Shown: positions 43,458-54,209, counted from the first letter of the stretch. The stretch is DNA of 64,000 nucleotides from Candidatus Lloydbacteria bacterium RIFCSPHIGHO2_02_FULL_50_18 (GCA_001821395.1 MHLM01000001.1:138840-202839), one strand, 5' to 3'. A program made the numbers and translations. The notes: generated by a model not told the origin, from the letters alone.

Positions 43458-45935
43458 TTACAGGGTTATTAGGGAAGCGATGGAATCGCCTTCCCGCAGC
43501 TTCATGATCCGTACCCCCTGTGTCTGACGACCAAGGATCGGCACTTCTTTCAGTGTCACACGAATGACCTGGCTATTCTTTGAGATCGCAACAATCTCCC
43601 CATCGCGATCGGCGACCACAAGTCCCGTCATAATTTTTCCCGTCTTTGGTGTCACTTTTGCAGTTTTGATCCCTGACCCGCCGCGTTTCTGCACTTTATA
43701 CTCTGAGAGTTTACTCATTTTACCGTAACCCTTTTCTGAGAGCACGACAAGAAGCGGATCGGCATCGGTTTTCTTGATGACATCGGCGGTCACGATCTTA
43801 TCTTTGCCCTTCAGGTTCATACCGCGCACCCCTCCGGCGCTCCTTCCCATTTCGCGCACGTCAGAGTGCTTAAAACGGATAGACTGACCCTCTTGCGAAA
43901 CAAGGGAGATATCATCGCCCGTTTCAACAAAACGTGCGGTGAGGAGCTGGTCGTTCGGCTGAAGCTTGATCGCAATGAGTCCGCTGCGGCGCACATCGCG
44001 GAAACCGTCTGCGGCGACCTTTTTGACCACTCCGCACTCGGTCACCATAACTAAGGAGAGTTTTTCTGCTGTCTTCATCTCCTTCGGCATCGCGAGCATC
44101 GAGGTCACCGACTCGTCTCCTCCGAGCGACAGATAATTCATGATGGATTTCCCCTTTGTTGCCCGCCGCCCCTCCGGAAGCTCATAGGCTTTTATCTGGT
44201 ACGCTTTACCCTTGTCCGTAAAAAACAGGATGTCGGCGTGCGTTGATGTCGTCAAGAACATCTTCACGAAATCTTCTTCTTTCGTATCGAGATCCATCAC
44301 GCCCACTCCGCCGCGTTTCTGCGTATGATATTCCACGGGATCGGTACGCTTAATGTATCCGCCATCAGAAAAAACAAGTACGGTTTCCTTCTCCGGAATG
44401 GTGTCCTCGATGGAGATCGTCTGCACTCCGCCTTTCATGATCTTTGTACGACGCTCATCTCCATACTTCTCTTTCATTTCTATCATCTCCGCCTTGATGA
44501 CGCCCATCATCTTCTTCATACTTGCGAGGATCGACTCAAGCTCTTTGATGATCTCACTAAGTGCCTTCAGTTCATCATCGATCTTCTTGCGCTCAAGGCC
44601 TGCAAGTTTTGCAAGTTTCATTTCAAGAATTGCGGCAGCTTGCTTATCAGAGAACTTGAATTCCTTCATCAGATTTGCATGAGCGGTCGGAGTATCTTTT
44701 GAGGCCTTGATGAGTTTGATAATCGCATCAATATGGTCGAGTGCCTTTTTAAGCCCAAGTAAAATGTGCTCGCGGTCTTTTGCTTTTGCAAGATCAAACT
44801 CTGTGCGTCGCTTCACTACCGCTTTGCGATGTTTGATGAAGACCTCGAGAATACTCTTGATCGAAAGTGTCTGGGGGACTCCGTCAACAAGCCCGACCAT
44901 ATTGTAGTGGAACGTTGTTTCGATCTCGGTATGTTTGTAGAGATAGTTCAAGACTTTCTGCGGAGGTACGCCCTGCTTCAAATATACGGCAATACGAATA
45001 TCGCCCTTTGCGGACTCATCACGAAGATCTTTGATGCCTTCAAGTTTTTTCTCACGCACAAGGTCGGCGATCTTCTCGAGAAGCATCGCCTTGTTCACGC
45101 GGTACGGTAAGCTCGTGATAATGATTTCTGTTTGCCCTGCCTTCTGCTCCACGATCTCCGCCTCACCGCGGCAAACGACTCCCCCGCGCCCTGTTGCATA
45201 TGCATGACGGATATCTAACTTATTGTAGGCAACTCCACCGGTCGGAAAATCCGGACCTTTGATGAATTCGAGCAGATCCTCTCCCGTTGCCTCTGGGTTA
45301 TCGATGAGATGAGTCAATGCATCAACGACTTCACCGAGATTGTGCGGAGGGATAGAGGTCGCCATACCAACCGCAATACCCAGCGTACCGTTCAAAAGAA
45401 GATTCGGGACAACCGACGGCAATACCGAAGGTTCTTTTTTTGAACCGTCATAGTTCGGACGGAAGTCAACGGTATCCTTATCGAGGTCACGAAGTACCTC
45501 CCCCGCAATACGCGACATCTTTGCTTCCGTATAACGATATGCAGCAGCGGAGTCTCCATCGATCGAGCCAAAGTTCCCTTGACCCAAGACCAGAGGGTAG
45601 CGCATCGAGAAAAGCTGGGCCATCTTGACCATCGCATCATAGACAGATGAGTCTCCGTGGGGATGGTACGATCCGAGCACCGCACCAACCACCGTCGCTG
45701 ATTTTTTGAATCGCGCAGAGGAGGAAAGCCCCATTTCATGCATCGCATAGAGGATGCGACGATGGACGGGCTTCAGTCCATCACGCACATCGGGAAGTGC
45801 GCGGTCCACAATAACAGACATCGCGTAATCAATGAATGACTCTCGCATCTCTGTGACGATGTTGACCGGCAATACTCCAACCGTACCGATCTCCGGAGTT
45901 GGGCTTTCTTCTTTTTTTTCTACTGCTTTGCTCAT
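43458..45935 (-). CDS. gyrA: DNA gyrase subunit A
   Basis: Active-site region (AAMRYTEA), QRDR-like segment, C-terminal beta-pinwheel repeats. Confidence 0.93.
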   Translation of the reverse strand: MSKAVEKKEESPTPEIGTVGVLPVNIVTEMRESFIDYAMSVIVDRALPDVRDGLKPVHRRILYAMHEMGLSSSARFKKSATVVGAVLGSYHPHGDSSVYDAMVKMAQLFSMRYPLVLGQGNFGSIDGDSAAAYRYTEAKMSRIAGEVLRDLDKDTVDFRPNYDGSKKEPSVLPSVVPNLLLNGTLGIAVGMATSIPPHNLGEVVDALTHLIDNPEATGEDLLEFIKGPDFPTGGVAYNKLDIRHAYATGRGGVVCRGEAEIVEQKAGQTEIIITSLPYRVNKAMLLEKIADLVREKKLEGIKDLRDESAKGDIRIAVYLKQGVPPQKVLNYLYKHTEIETTFHYNMVGLVDGVPQTLSIKSILEVFIKHRKAVVKRRTEFDLAKAKDREHILLGLKKALDHIDAIIKLIKASKDTPTAHANLMKEFKFSDKQAAAILEMKLAKLAGLERKKIDDELKALSEIIKELESILASMKKMMGVIKAEMIEMKEKYGDERRTKIMKGGVQTISIEDTIPEKETVLVFSDGGYIKRTDPVEYHTQKRGGVGVMDLDTKEEDFVKMFLTTSTHADILFFTDKGKAYQIKAYELPEGRRATKGKSIMNYLSLGGDESVTSMLAMPKEMKTAEKLSLVMVTECGVVKKVAADGFRDVRRSGLIAIKLQPNDQLLTARFVETGDDISLVSQEGQSIRFKHSDVREMGRSAGGVRGMNLKGKDKIVTADVIKKTDADPLLVVLSEKGYGKMSKLSEYKVQKRGGSGIKTAKVTPKTGKIMTGLVVADRDGEIVAISKNSQVIRVTLKEVPILGRQTQGVRIMKLREGDSIASLITL

Positions 45936-45950
45936 AATGATGAAATAATT

Positions 45951-46295
45951 TTATGGGTTGGTATTCAATGATCCTATATCAATGGCGCTCGTTGTTGCTA
46001 CGTCACTTGCTCCAACGCTCGCCACAAGCTGGTTTTGTTCAGCGGCATATTGCAACTGCCCGGTAGTTTCGCTCCATTGCGAAAGTGCGCTGTTTTTCAT
46101 GTCAGCAAATATGTTGCCAACTACTTCCGTCGGCGATACTTCCTGCACGCTCTTGTCGGATGCTCTTACCTCAGAGTTCCGCCCCTCCCACCAGACTGAA
46201 ACGATCAGCACCGACAGAAGCACCGTCGTTACCACAGCAATCTGCTGGCGAACATGACGGGGTTTTGCTTTTAATGTATCTAAATAATCAAGCAT
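45951..46295 (-). CDS. membrane-anchored hypothetical protein
   Basis: 114 aa, one N-terminal TM. Confidence 0.4.
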   Translation of the reverse strand: MLDYLDTLKAKPRHVRQQIAVVTTVLLSVLIVSVWWEGRNSEVRASDKSVQEVSPTEVVGNIFADMKNSALSQWSETTGQLQYAAEQNQLVASVGASDVATTSAIDIGSLNTNP

Positions 46296-46303
46296 AAATA
46301 TAG

Positions 46304-46945
46304 TTACGCATGGAGAAGCGGTTCAAGGACGATAACGTCCCCTTCCTTTCCTTCAAGGTCTTTCTTTTTCAATATCAATTTTTCTATTTGTACGACATCT
46401 TCCGCTCCTGCTTCTTTCAAAAATGCTTTCAGTTGCTTGTCGTTCTTATCTTCAAAATCAACGGGAATGATAAGCTTGGCGTCGAGCATGACCGCGATCT
46501 TGCCGGCATCAGAAGGGGTCAACACATCACCTCCCGATATCGGAACAACGAGAATATCAACTTCCCCGATACCCTCGATGGTCTCAGGCGATAGCTCTGT
46601 CCCCGCAAGCGCTCCAAGGATGCAGATCCGGATGCCTTCGAGCTCTACTGTATATATAGTATTCAACAGACCGGCCTCTCCGACGGATTTCGGTGATAAA
46701 AAACCGGAGACGGCGACTCCGCCTATCTCATACTCCCCCGGACCGGACACAACGAACGGCACCTTGTCGCCATGCGAAAGGTTTTCTACTCCGTTCAATT
46801 CCGGGTGATTCATCGATACCAAACCGATGCGTGCAGCAAAACGGATCGGCTTCATGCGCGACTGTTTTCCAAAAGGATTCGCAGCAATAACAGTATCTCC
46901 TTGAGCGATCTTTATGAACTGGCCTCCATGGTACGTGATTATCAT
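46304..46945 (-). CDS. MBL-fold metal-dependent hydrolase
   Basis: MIITYHGGQ start typical of the UlaG/YtkL-like MBL subgroup. Asp/His-rich motifs. Confidence 0.6.
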   Translation of the reverse strand: MIITYHGGQFIKIAQGDTVIAANPFGKQSRMKPIRFAARIGLVSMNHPELNGVENLSHGDKVPFVVSGPGEYEIGGVAVSGFLSPKSVGEAGLLNTIYTVELEGIRICILGALAGTELSPETIEGIGEVDILVVPISGGDVLTPSDAGKIAVMLDAKLIIPVDFEDKNDKQLKAFLKEAGAEDVVQIEKLILKKKDLEGKEGDVIVLEPLLHA

Positions 46946-47069
46946 GCGGTTGAGTATAACAATTTCATTCAAAAAGGGAAAGACAAAAACAGTTGAAAAA
47001 TAGCGACATATTGTGTGTAATGCACTAGTCTAATGGGTATTGACATTATACACATATAATGCTATTACT

Positions 47070-47592
47070 CTAGAAGAGGTGATTGGAATTCCCACAAGGG
47101 TTGCTGGCAAAAGAAGGACGAGCATGATGCTCATCTGTGCCGTGCAAACCATCGACTGCCGCGTATGACGCGCCCCGTCCCCGACAACATGTAGGGATGC
47201 GGCCAAAGACTGCGGCGCGCGGGTTCATATCCGTCACCATTTCGTCGCCGTCGGGCGACAGCACGGACCAAGGGAGTTGCCTTCCCCTGGTCCACAACAA
47301 TGAAAGGGGCAGGATGCACCACATTCGCGATCCCACCTGATCTTTCCCACCTCCCCCAAACCGCTCGCGAACCCCATTCAATTGGTAACGCATATGAGCT
47401 TCAAAAAAAGCTGATCATCAATCAGCACTGCGCCGAGTCGACTGCATGGAAAGAGATGAGCCCCGAAAGGATAGTAAAGAGAAACGCTTCGTAAAAAGCA
47501 GATCTCCTGGCCGAGCTCCACACCAAGTGCAAAGATTCACAGCAGACAGGCCACGCCATAAAAACGCGTGGTCTTCTTTTATTTACCAAAAC
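47070..47592. other. GC-rich non-coding stretch with multiple local hairpins: candidate structured RNA or decayed element. Class not determined.
   Basis: Composition clearly higher in G+C than flanking genes. Hairpins GAGCATGATGCTC, GTCGCCGTCGGGCGAC. Only weak overlapping ORFs. Confidence 0.25.
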
Positions 47593-47621
47593 TTGACAGT
47601 ATTTGAGGAGATGGATAGATT
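47593..47621 (+). promoter_or_regulatory. candidate sigma70-type promoter (TTGACA, 17 nt, TAGATT)
   Basis: Exact -35 hexamer and good -10 with 17-nt spacing. Followed by a strong SD plus 9-codon ORF and a terminator. Confidence 0.4.
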
Positions 47622-47794
47622 AAGGCCTCGTGGTAAGCACTGAGCAATCAGACACAAACCTTGTTCATTCCCTTTGCTAAGGAGAGAGTATCGATGAAAC
47701 GCAGTCAACAGAGTTTTATTTAAACGCCAGCCGGCCGGTGCTCGAAATAGGTTTGTCCCCAAAAGGACTCCCGTATTGAGCGCGAAAGCCCAAA

Positions 47795-47826
47795 GCCCCC
47801 ACCCTAAAAGTGGGGGCCAATTTTTT
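47795..47826 (+). terminator. intrinsic terminator ending the transcript from the 47593 promoter
   Basis: GCCCCCACCCTAAAAGTGGGGGCCAATTTTTT. Confidence 0.6.
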
Positions 47827-48136
47827 ACATAGGGTACCCCTCTGTACATAGGGTACTCCTATGTAGCAGTGACTTGCATAATTGGGACTCATTTGATAGT
47901 CTTTTGGCACAACTGAATATTAACAACACTATTGGGATTAACCCGTCATCAAGTAAGGGGGTTCCTCAAAATGGATGAAGTTCGAGACGTGGAGAAAGGG
48001 ACGAGGAAGACATATTCATATATGTTGACCGAGTCACAGAGGCTCCACAACGAAGAAATTCGCCATTTTTAGAAACACTCACTGAGACGACCCCCAAGAG
48101 GAACAGTTATCTGCCCTCACGCAGATTTTTATTTTT

Positions 48137-49261
48137 ATGACTACAATAGAAGAAGATGAAGTGATCATCATTGGCGGCGAGCAAGTGCTCGACCCTGGCC
48201 ACGTGATGACGAAGTATATGGCGGAGATCGTGAAGCGCCCGGAGCCGGGTGAGATTGTTGAAGGTCCCGTCATCAAAGTAGACAAGAAGGCTGTGTATAT
48301 CAACATGCCTCCTTACGGCATCGGTATCATCTATGGCCGTGAGTACATGAACGCGCGCGACCTCGTGAAGCACATGAACATCGGTGACGTCATCACCGCA
48401 AAGGTCGTTGAGAGCGAGAATGAGAATGGTTACGTCGAGCTTTCACTCAAGGAAGCACGTCAGTCGCTTATCTGGGCCGAGGCGGAAGATTACGTACGCA
48501 AGAAAACCGTACTGGACCTTATGGTAAAGGATGCGAACAAGGGCGGACTCATGCTCGACTGGCAGGGTATCTCAGGATTCCTTCCCGCATCACAACTCTC
48601 GGGAGATCATTACCCTCGCGTCACGGATGGTGACAAGGATAAGATCCTCGAGGAATTGAAGCGACTCGTTGGAGAGAAGCTTTCGGTCGTGATGATCACC
48701 GCGGTTCCAAAGGAAGGCAAACTCATCTTCTCGGAGAAGGAGCAGAATCAGAAAGAGAAGGAAGAGATCGTCGCGAAGTATCGACTCGGCTCGATTGTCG
48801 AAGGAGAGATCACCGGCATCGTCGACTTCGGTGCATTCATGAAGATTGAGGAGGGTCTCGAGGGGCTCATCCATATCTCAGAGATGGATTGGGGTCTTGT
48901 GGACGATCCACGCAAGCTCTTCAAGGTTGGTGAGCATGTGAAAGCGCAGATCATCGAGATCAAGGATAATAAGGTTTCGCTTTCCGTAAAGGTTCTAAAA
49001 GAAAACCCATGGAAAAGTGCTGAGAAGAAATATAAGAAAGGTGATGTCGTGAAAGGTGTTGTTATCAAATTCAACAAGTACGGCGCACTTGCCTCCATTG
49101 AGGAAGGTGTTGCGGGACTCGTCCATGTTTCGGAATTCGGCACAGAAGAGAAGCTTCGCGCCGCGATCGAACTTGGCAAGGTCTATCCGTTCACCATTAC
49201 CCTCTTTGAGCCAAAGGACCAGCGCATGACGCTCTCGTTTACGACAGAGAAGAAGGCATAA
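48137..49261 (+). CDS. rpsA: 30S ribosomal protein S1 (four S1 domains)
   Basis: Repeated S1 OB-fold motifs (GxVxGxVxxIxxFGAFV-like). Confidence 0.88.
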   Translation: MTTIEEDEVIIIGGEQVLDPGHVMTKYMAEIVKRPEPGEIVEGPVIKVDKKAVYINMPPYGIGIIYGREYMNARDLVKHMNIGDVITAKVVESENENGYVELSLKEARQSLIWAEAEDYVRKKTVLDLMVKDANKGGLMLDWQGISGFLPASQLSGDHYPRVTDGDKDKILEELKRLVGEKLSVVMITAVPKEGKLIFSEKEQNQKEKEEIVAKYRLGSIVEGEITGIVDFGAFMKIEEGLEGLIHISEMDWGLVDDPRKLFKVGEHVKAQIIEIKDNKVSLSVKVLKENPWKSAEKKYKKGDVVKGVVIKFNKYGALASIEEGVAGLVHVSEFGTEEKLRAAIELGKVYPFTITLFEPKDQRMTLSFTTEKKA

Positions 49262-49289
49262 GCTCGCTCTCGGTATTGCTTGTCGAAAG

Positions 49290-49338
49290 AAAACACCACC
49301 CACTTGGCCTGCCTGCGCAGGCAGGGTGGTGTTTTCGT
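49290..49338 (+). terminator. intrinsic terminator after rpsA
   Basis: AAAACACCACCCACTTGGCCTGCCTGCGCAGGCAGGGTGGTGTTTTCG. Confidence 0.65.
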
Positions 49339-49403
49339 TCGGGAATTGACAACACTATCGCAGTTGATAGCATGAGTATCAGCAATGTTGTTTGGAGGGA
49401 AAA

Positions 49404-49637
49404 ATGGCTGAGATCAAACGTGAACCCACGGGAATTCGCTGCAAACTTGAAAACTGTGAGGACGGGATCATCATCAAGAAAACGGTCATCGAACTCGCTA
49501 TCCCAAAAAGTGAGATTCGCATGGGAGGAGGACCCTTACCGATGCAGCATGTTGTGACCTGCTACTGCAATTCATGCGGGACCGTCTACGAGCCCGAAGT
49601 CATTCTCAAGAAGATGGGTTCCATGTCTCACCCATGA
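49404..49637 (+). CDS. small zinc-ribbon-like hypothetical protein
   Basis: CKLENC...CYCNSC spacing. 78 aa. Confidence 0.4.
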   Translation: MAEIKREPTGIRCKLENCEDGIIIKKTVIELAIPKSEIRMGGGPLPMQHVVTCYCNSCGTVYEPEVILKKMGSMSHP

Positions 49638-49690
49638 ACTGGCAAAATTTTTTGCAAAAAAACCGTACCAATTGGTACGGTTTTGCTATT

Positions 49691-50203
49691 TCAAAAGAGT
49701 TCTCTGCGCCAAAGATAGGCCGGTATCGCGAGTCGTTCGCGGAACGTGAACGATGAGCGGGAGCGAACCCACCATTCGTCAGCATCGAAATGATAACCGA
49801 TCGATGGGTCGGTCATTCCCTTTGCGCCGGGGAATCTGGCATTACGGAGACACCGTATGCAGCGTTCCACATGATCCGGATGAGCCGCGGCATAAACCTG
49901 AGAAACCAAGTGGCGTCGTGCTGACAGAAAACCTGCTGCTGCGTCGGCGACATCGCGCGAAGAGAGATAGCCTCTTTCTTTCAGCGGAACGGTGTAATGG
50001 ACCTGCGCACCGAGCGACCGGAGCTCTATAGCGACTTCCCACTGCGCGATCACATAGCAACCTTCTTGGTCACCGCGTACGTATGACGCGACCATCCTCG
50101 CGATCTCCCGAGAACTGAGCGAGGGCTGGGTCTTTCCGATTCTGCCGAAAGAAAATGCAACAATAGCCTTCAAGGAACACCTCCGTGTATCACGATGCTG
50201 CAT
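49691..50203 (-). CDS. hypothetical protein, GC-rich (possibly DUF218/YdcF-like)
   Basis: 170-aa ORF with atypical composition. Weak resemblance to YdcF-type motifs (GYLSSRDVADAAAGFL). Confidence 0.3.
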   Translation of the reverse strand: MQHRDTRRCSLKAIVAFSFGRIGKTQPSLSSREIARMVASYVRGDQEGCYVIAQWEVAIELRSLGAQVHYTVPLKERGYLSSRDVADAAAGFLSARRHLVSQVYAAAHPDHVERCIRCLRNARFPGAKGMTDPSIGYHFDADEWWVRSRSSFTFRERLAIPAYLWRRELF

Positions 50204-50307
50204 CCAGACTACTTATTCATAAGCATGTCTGCAAGTGCCGAGCAATGAGCCGATGTAACAACTGCAATTCAGGTATCTCGACCGAAGAGCGAATTTTCCG
50301 AGCGTTC

Positions 50308-50910
50308 TCAGCTCTTCAGGTCCTGCGATCTTACTTTTTTGATCGTATCTTTAAATTTTTCATGACCATTAGTGATCAAAAAGACAATACGTTCCGCAAT
50401 ACCGATACTCCGACTTTTTATCGTGGACAATTCTTCAACAGTAAATTTTTCCAATACAAAATCCCCTGCTTTTCTCCGTGGTGCGTCCAAGGTGATTGCT
50501 GGCGCGACTCCGACGCGGAAGCGGTAGAAATCGCGTGTCTTAATAGCGGCAATAATAGACACCACCCCATTCTGTCCTCCTGCCCCACGGTCGCGTGCCG
50601 AACGCCAGTCTCCGGTTGGAAGATCGGCGTCGTCATGAATAACGATAAGCTGTGCGGCCTGATCGGGACTTTTCACGAGCGTAAGAAGACTTTTGCCGGA
50701 CTGATTCATATAAGTCTCCGGCTCGAGAAGGACAACCTCGTTCCCCGCGATCTCACCGTATGACGCTAATGCATCATATGTTTTTTTATATTCCCAAGAA
50801 GAAAAGTTATATTTTTTTCGAAATTGCTCGATTACGATGCGTCCGGCATTATGACGCGTCTTTGCATATTCTCCTCCGGGATTTCCCAACCCTACGATAA
50901 TCCATTTCAT
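50308..50910 (-). CDS. pth: peptidyl-tRNA hydrolase
   Basis: MKWIIVGLGNPG...RHNAG start block and conserved HDD/ GVAP motifs. Confidence 0.85.
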   Translation of the reverse strand: MKWIIVGLGNPGGEYAKTRHNAGRIVIEQFRKKYNFSSWEYKKTYDALASYGEIAGNEVVLLEPETYMNQSGKSLLTLVKSPDQAAQLIVIHDDADLPTGDWRSARDRGAGGQNGVVSIIAAIKTRDFYRFRVGVAPAITLDAPRRKAGDFVLEKFTVEELSTIKSRSIGIAERIVFLITNGHEKFKDTIKKVRSQDLKS

Positions 50911-51041
50911 TCCTGCATTGTAACGTAAATTCCTTTTTTTCATAGCATTGTATTTTCCGCGACGTAAATGACGAGCGCTTCGCGGCGTGTCACACTTATT
51001 GCTATTGTGTCAAGGGGTTTTTTCCCGTATGATAAGCGGAA

Positions 51042-51692
51042 ATGAGCACCCAAAATAACCCCGTTTCAGATCAGCAAGACACGCACAACATCAACACAGA
51101 GAGCACAGAGGGGACGAACAGGAATGAGGGGAAAATTTCTACACTCAGGGTCATTTGGGAAACCGTGCGCTACGCGATCATCGCCGCACTCATCATCATC
51201 CCCATTCGCACCTTCGTCGCACAGCCGTTTGTCGTATCCGGTAACTCTATGTATCCCACCTTTGAGAATGGGCAATATCTTATCGTCGATGAAACAGCAA
51301 AATACATCGGTGAATATCATCGTGGTGATGTGGTCATTCTTCGCTACCCCAATGATCCGTCAAAATTCTTCATCAAGCGCGTAATCGGACTCCCCGGAGA
51401 AACGGTGACCATTCAAAATGGCAAGGTTTCAATCACCAGCGCAACACAGAAAGAACCGTTGCTGTTGGATGAGCCCTATGTGAAAAATCCAAAGTTCGAC
51501 AGCTCTTCACGCACGCTCGATAACGAAGAATTCTTCGTGATGGGCGACAATCGCGCACAAAGCTCCGACTCGCGTGTATGGGGCCCGGTACCAAGACGGC
51601 TCATGGACGGCAATGCGTTACTCCGACTGTATCCCCTCACGCTCGTCGCTCTCCATCCGGGAGGAATTCAAAGCTTTGGGGTCACCTATTGA
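51042..51692 (+). CDS. lepB: signal peptidase I
   Basis: Catalytic Ser box (VSGNSMYPTF) and Lys box (KRVIGLPGETV), GDNR motif. Confidence 0.87.
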   Translation: MSTQNNPVSDQQDTHNINTESTEGTNRNEGKISTLRVIWETVRYAIIAALIIIPIRTFVAQPFVVSGNSMYPTFENGQYLIVDETAKYIGEYHRGDVVILRYPNDPSKFFIKRVIGLPGETVTIQNGKVSITSATQKEPLLLDEPYVKNPKFDSSSRTLDNEEFFVMGDNRAQSSDSRVWGPVPRRLMDGNALLRLYPLTLVALHPGGIQSFGVTY

Positions 51693-51727
51693 TTATTTTT
51701 ATTATTTATTCATTTAGTCTTCACGCT

Positions 51728-53119
51728 ATGACAAAGAAAGAGTCCGAAAAGAAAGAGATACCGACAGCCCTCAAGGGAATGAGAGACCTGATCGGTGATG
51801 AATCACACAAGTACCAGGGCTTTTTTGAAAAGGCAGCGGAGGTTGCTATCTATTACGGATTTCAGCCGATCGATGTGCCGATCATGGAGCGCGAGGAGGT
51901 GTTCCTCTCTACGCAAAGCGAAGACACCGATCTCGTGGGGAAAGAAATGTACTCACTCAAGACAAAGAGCGGGGAAAAACTCGCGTTGCGTCCCGAGGGT
52001 ACCGCTCCCGTGATGCGCGCGTATCTTGAGCATGGCATGCAGTCACATCCGCAGCCCGTAAAATTCTACTACTACGGCTCATTTTTTCGTCACGACAATC
52101 CTCAACGCGGTCGCTATCGTGAATTCAAGCAGTTTGGCATTGAGATGATCGGCTCATCGAAATCGATCAGTGACGCAATGGTGATCTATTTGAACGCTAC
52201 CATCCTAAAAGAGGTCGGTCTCACAAACATCATGATTGATGTGAACTCGATCGGAGACAAGGAATCACGCGCGCCATATCTTCGTGAACTCACCGCATAC
52301 TACCGAAAACATATCAATCACCTGTGTGCGAACTGTAAGCAGCGCATCAAGACGAACCCCCTGCGCCTGCTCGATTGTAAAAGTCCCGAGTGCCAACCAT
52401 TCAAAGAGAAAGCTCCGCAATCGATCGCCCATCTTTCACCTGCAGCAAAACAGCACTTCAAGGAGGTCCTCGAGTTCCTTGATGCGCTCAAGCTCACCTA
52501 TCGCATCAATACTAATCTCGTTCGCGGTCTCGACTATTACACACATACGGTCTTTGAGATCACCGAGATCCCCGACGACCGACCGGCTGAGATCTTTGCC
52601 GAGAACGCAACACAGCTCGAAGCCACAGATAAGGAGAAGGACGACAAGAAAAAGAAGCATGAGCGTGAAGACGCGGAAAATGCGCCGATGTCCATCGCCG
52701 GAGGAGGTCGTTATGATTACCTTGCGAAACGCCTCGGAAGCAAAAAAGACATTCCCGCAGTCGGAAGCTCCATCGGTGTCGATCGTGTGCTATTGTCCCC
52801 CAACTACAAAGGCTCGGCACCACGCATCGTAAAGAAGCCGAAGATCTATTTCATCCAGCTTGGTTTCGAGGCAAAACTAAAGTCACTCGAGATCATTGAA
52901 GTACTGCGTAACGCACGTATTCCCGTTGTTCATGCACTCAACAAAGATTCGCTCGGAGCACAGCTTGGTATCGCCGAGAGAATGCAGGTTCCCTATGCGC
53001 TCATCTTTGGACAGAAGGAAGCGCTTGAAGGCACGGTGATTGTGCGCAACATGCTCACCCGCTCACAGGAGACAATAAAGATCGCAAAGCTGGCGGATTA
53101 TATAAAAGCCATCAAATAG
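51728..53119 (+). CDS. hisS: histidyl-tRNA synthetase
   Basis: Class II motifs, GGGRYD, anticodon-binding C-terminal domain. ATG at 51728 chosen (tracker ORF start 51578 overlaps lepB). Confidence 0.88.
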   Translation: MTKKESEKKEIPTALKGMRDLIGDESHKYQGFFEKAAEVAIYYGFQPIDVPIMEREEVFLSTQSEDTDLVGKEMYSLKTKSGEKLALRPEGTAPVMRAYLEHGMQSHPQPVKFYYYGSFFRHDNPQRGRYREFKQFGIEMIGSSKSISDAMVIYLNATILKEVGLTNIMIDVNSIGDKESRAPYLRELTAYYRKHINHLCANCKQRIKTNPLRLLDCKSPECQPFKEKAPQSIAHLSPAAKQHFKEVLEFLDALKLTYRINTNLVRGLDYYTHTVFEITEIPDDRPAEIFAENATQLEATDKEKDDKKKKHEREDAENAPMSIAGGGRYDYLAKRLGSKKDIPAVGSSIGVDRVLLSPNYKGSAPRIVKKPKIYFIQLGFEAKLKSLEIIEVLRNARIPVVHALNKDSLGAQLGIAERMQVPYALIFGQKEALEGTVIVRNMLTRSQETIKIAKLADYIKAIK

Positions 53120-53289
53120 AAACCGCTCGGCATTGCTTTTTGAGGGCACGCATAAAAGTCTGCTGACTTTTTGCTCAGACTCCGCTCCGTCGAGCTCCGT
53201 AGCCCCTCAAAAAGTAACACCTCGCTCCCAGGTGCGTATTTCGAGTTGGCATGTGTATAATATGAATAGTTTGAAGACACCAAAAAAAT

Positions 53290-53658
53290 ATGCTTGCTAA
53301 AATAAATTATCTTTTTGCCTCGAGGTGGGAGCATCTTAAAAAGTACGGGCAGACATCCGAGTATGAGGCTGTGCCAGGGTCTGCACTGCCAAGATTAAAA
53401 TACAAAACACCAAAAGATAATTTACTCTTTTTAATTGAATTTCTTGGTCTTTTCTTATTCGTGCTGCCAACCTTGGCACTGTGTGTTTGGCTCATAGAAA
53501 AGTGTATAGAAAAATTTATTCATTATGCATATCCAGTAGTTCACATACTCGTCTATGTGCCAGTTGCAACTGCAATTTGTCTCGTGATCTATTATGCGAT
53601 TTTCCCTTCATTGGTAGACTTTTTAAAACGCAACAAAAGGGAATCAAAAGGTACCTGA
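53290..53658 (+). CDS. hypothetical membrane protein
   Basis: 122 aa, two TM helices. TATAAT at 53253..53258 upstream. Confidence 0.4.
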   Translation: MLAKINYLFASRWEHLKKYGQTSEYEAVPGSALPRLKYKTPKDNLLFLIEFLGLFLFVLPTLALCVWLIEKCIEKFIHYAYPVVHILVYVPVATAICLVIYYAIFPSLVDFLKRNKRESKGT

Positions 53659-53723
53659 CACCTTTTTCTTGACTCTACATCCTTACGTGATATGATATTA
53701 TCATATTTAATTATCATATATTT

Positions 53724-53933
53724 ATGTCTACCCTTTCCGTGCCCCTCACCCCTCAACTTGAGATTGAAATTGATCGGATGGTCAAAAATGGCGTTGCTTC
53801 GAACAAGGCCGCAGTCGTGCGCCGTGCAATCGAGAAACTTGTCGAGGATGAGGCGGTGAACGCGGTGCTTCTTGCGCAAAATGAGCCAACGCTGAAGGGT
53901 GACCTGCGCAAGCTCATGAAAAAAATTCGCTAA
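53724..53933 (+). CDS. type II antitoxin (ParD/RelB-like), paralog of 42979..43197
   Basis: MSTLSVPLTPQLEIEIDRMVKNG... parallels MSTITVPITKELESFIEEELRAG... Confidence 0.65.
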   Translation: MSTLSVPLTPQLEIEIDRMVKNGVASNKAAVVRRAIEKLVEDEAVNAVLLAQNEPTLKGDLRKLMKKIR

Positions 53934-54209
53934 ATGAGCACTATGGCTATCCTTTTTATCTCATTCAAGCCGACTTTTGTACGGCAACTCAACAAGCTTG
54001 AGTCCGGCTTACAAAATGAGGTATTTGAAAAAATATCCTTGCTCAAGGATGTTAATAACCATAAACTTATTGCAGTCCACAAATTACACGGGCGACTGTC
54101 TGATTGCCACAGCTTTTCAGTGAACTTTAAATACAGAATTGTCTTTCAATATCTCTCAAAAAGTGAAATCGTTCTTCTCGCGATCGGTGATCATGGCGTG
54201 TACAGATAA
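53934..54209 (+). CDS. type II toxin RelE/ParE family, paralog of 42723..42977
   Basis: 91 aa. Overlapping stop/start with antitoxin (TAAATG). C-terminal VLLAIGDHGVYR. Confidence 0.65.
   Translation: MSTMAILFISFKPTFVRQLNKLESGLQNEVFEKISLLKDVNNHKLIAVHKLHGRLSDCHSFSVNFKYRIVFQYLSKSEIVLLAIGDHGVYR

Noticed and set aside
47070-47393. 107-aa minus-strand ORF in the GC-rich interval, and attempts to call RNase P RNA, tmRNA, SRP RNA or 5S rRNA here
   Set aside because: The ORF is low-complexity (Gly/Arg-rich) with no start context. By eye, none of the universally conserved motifs (GGAAAGUCC P4, tmRNA tRNA-like ends with Ala-tag ORF, SRP GGAAGCAGC, 5S loop sequences) match. Left as unclassified candidate ncRNA region.
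51578-51727. hisS ORF start at 51578 overlapping lepB by about 115 nt
   Set aside because: The N-terminal 50 residues are Arg/Pro-rich junk in the lepB frame-shifted region. The conserved HisRS start (MTKKE..IPTALKGMRDL) begins at 51728.
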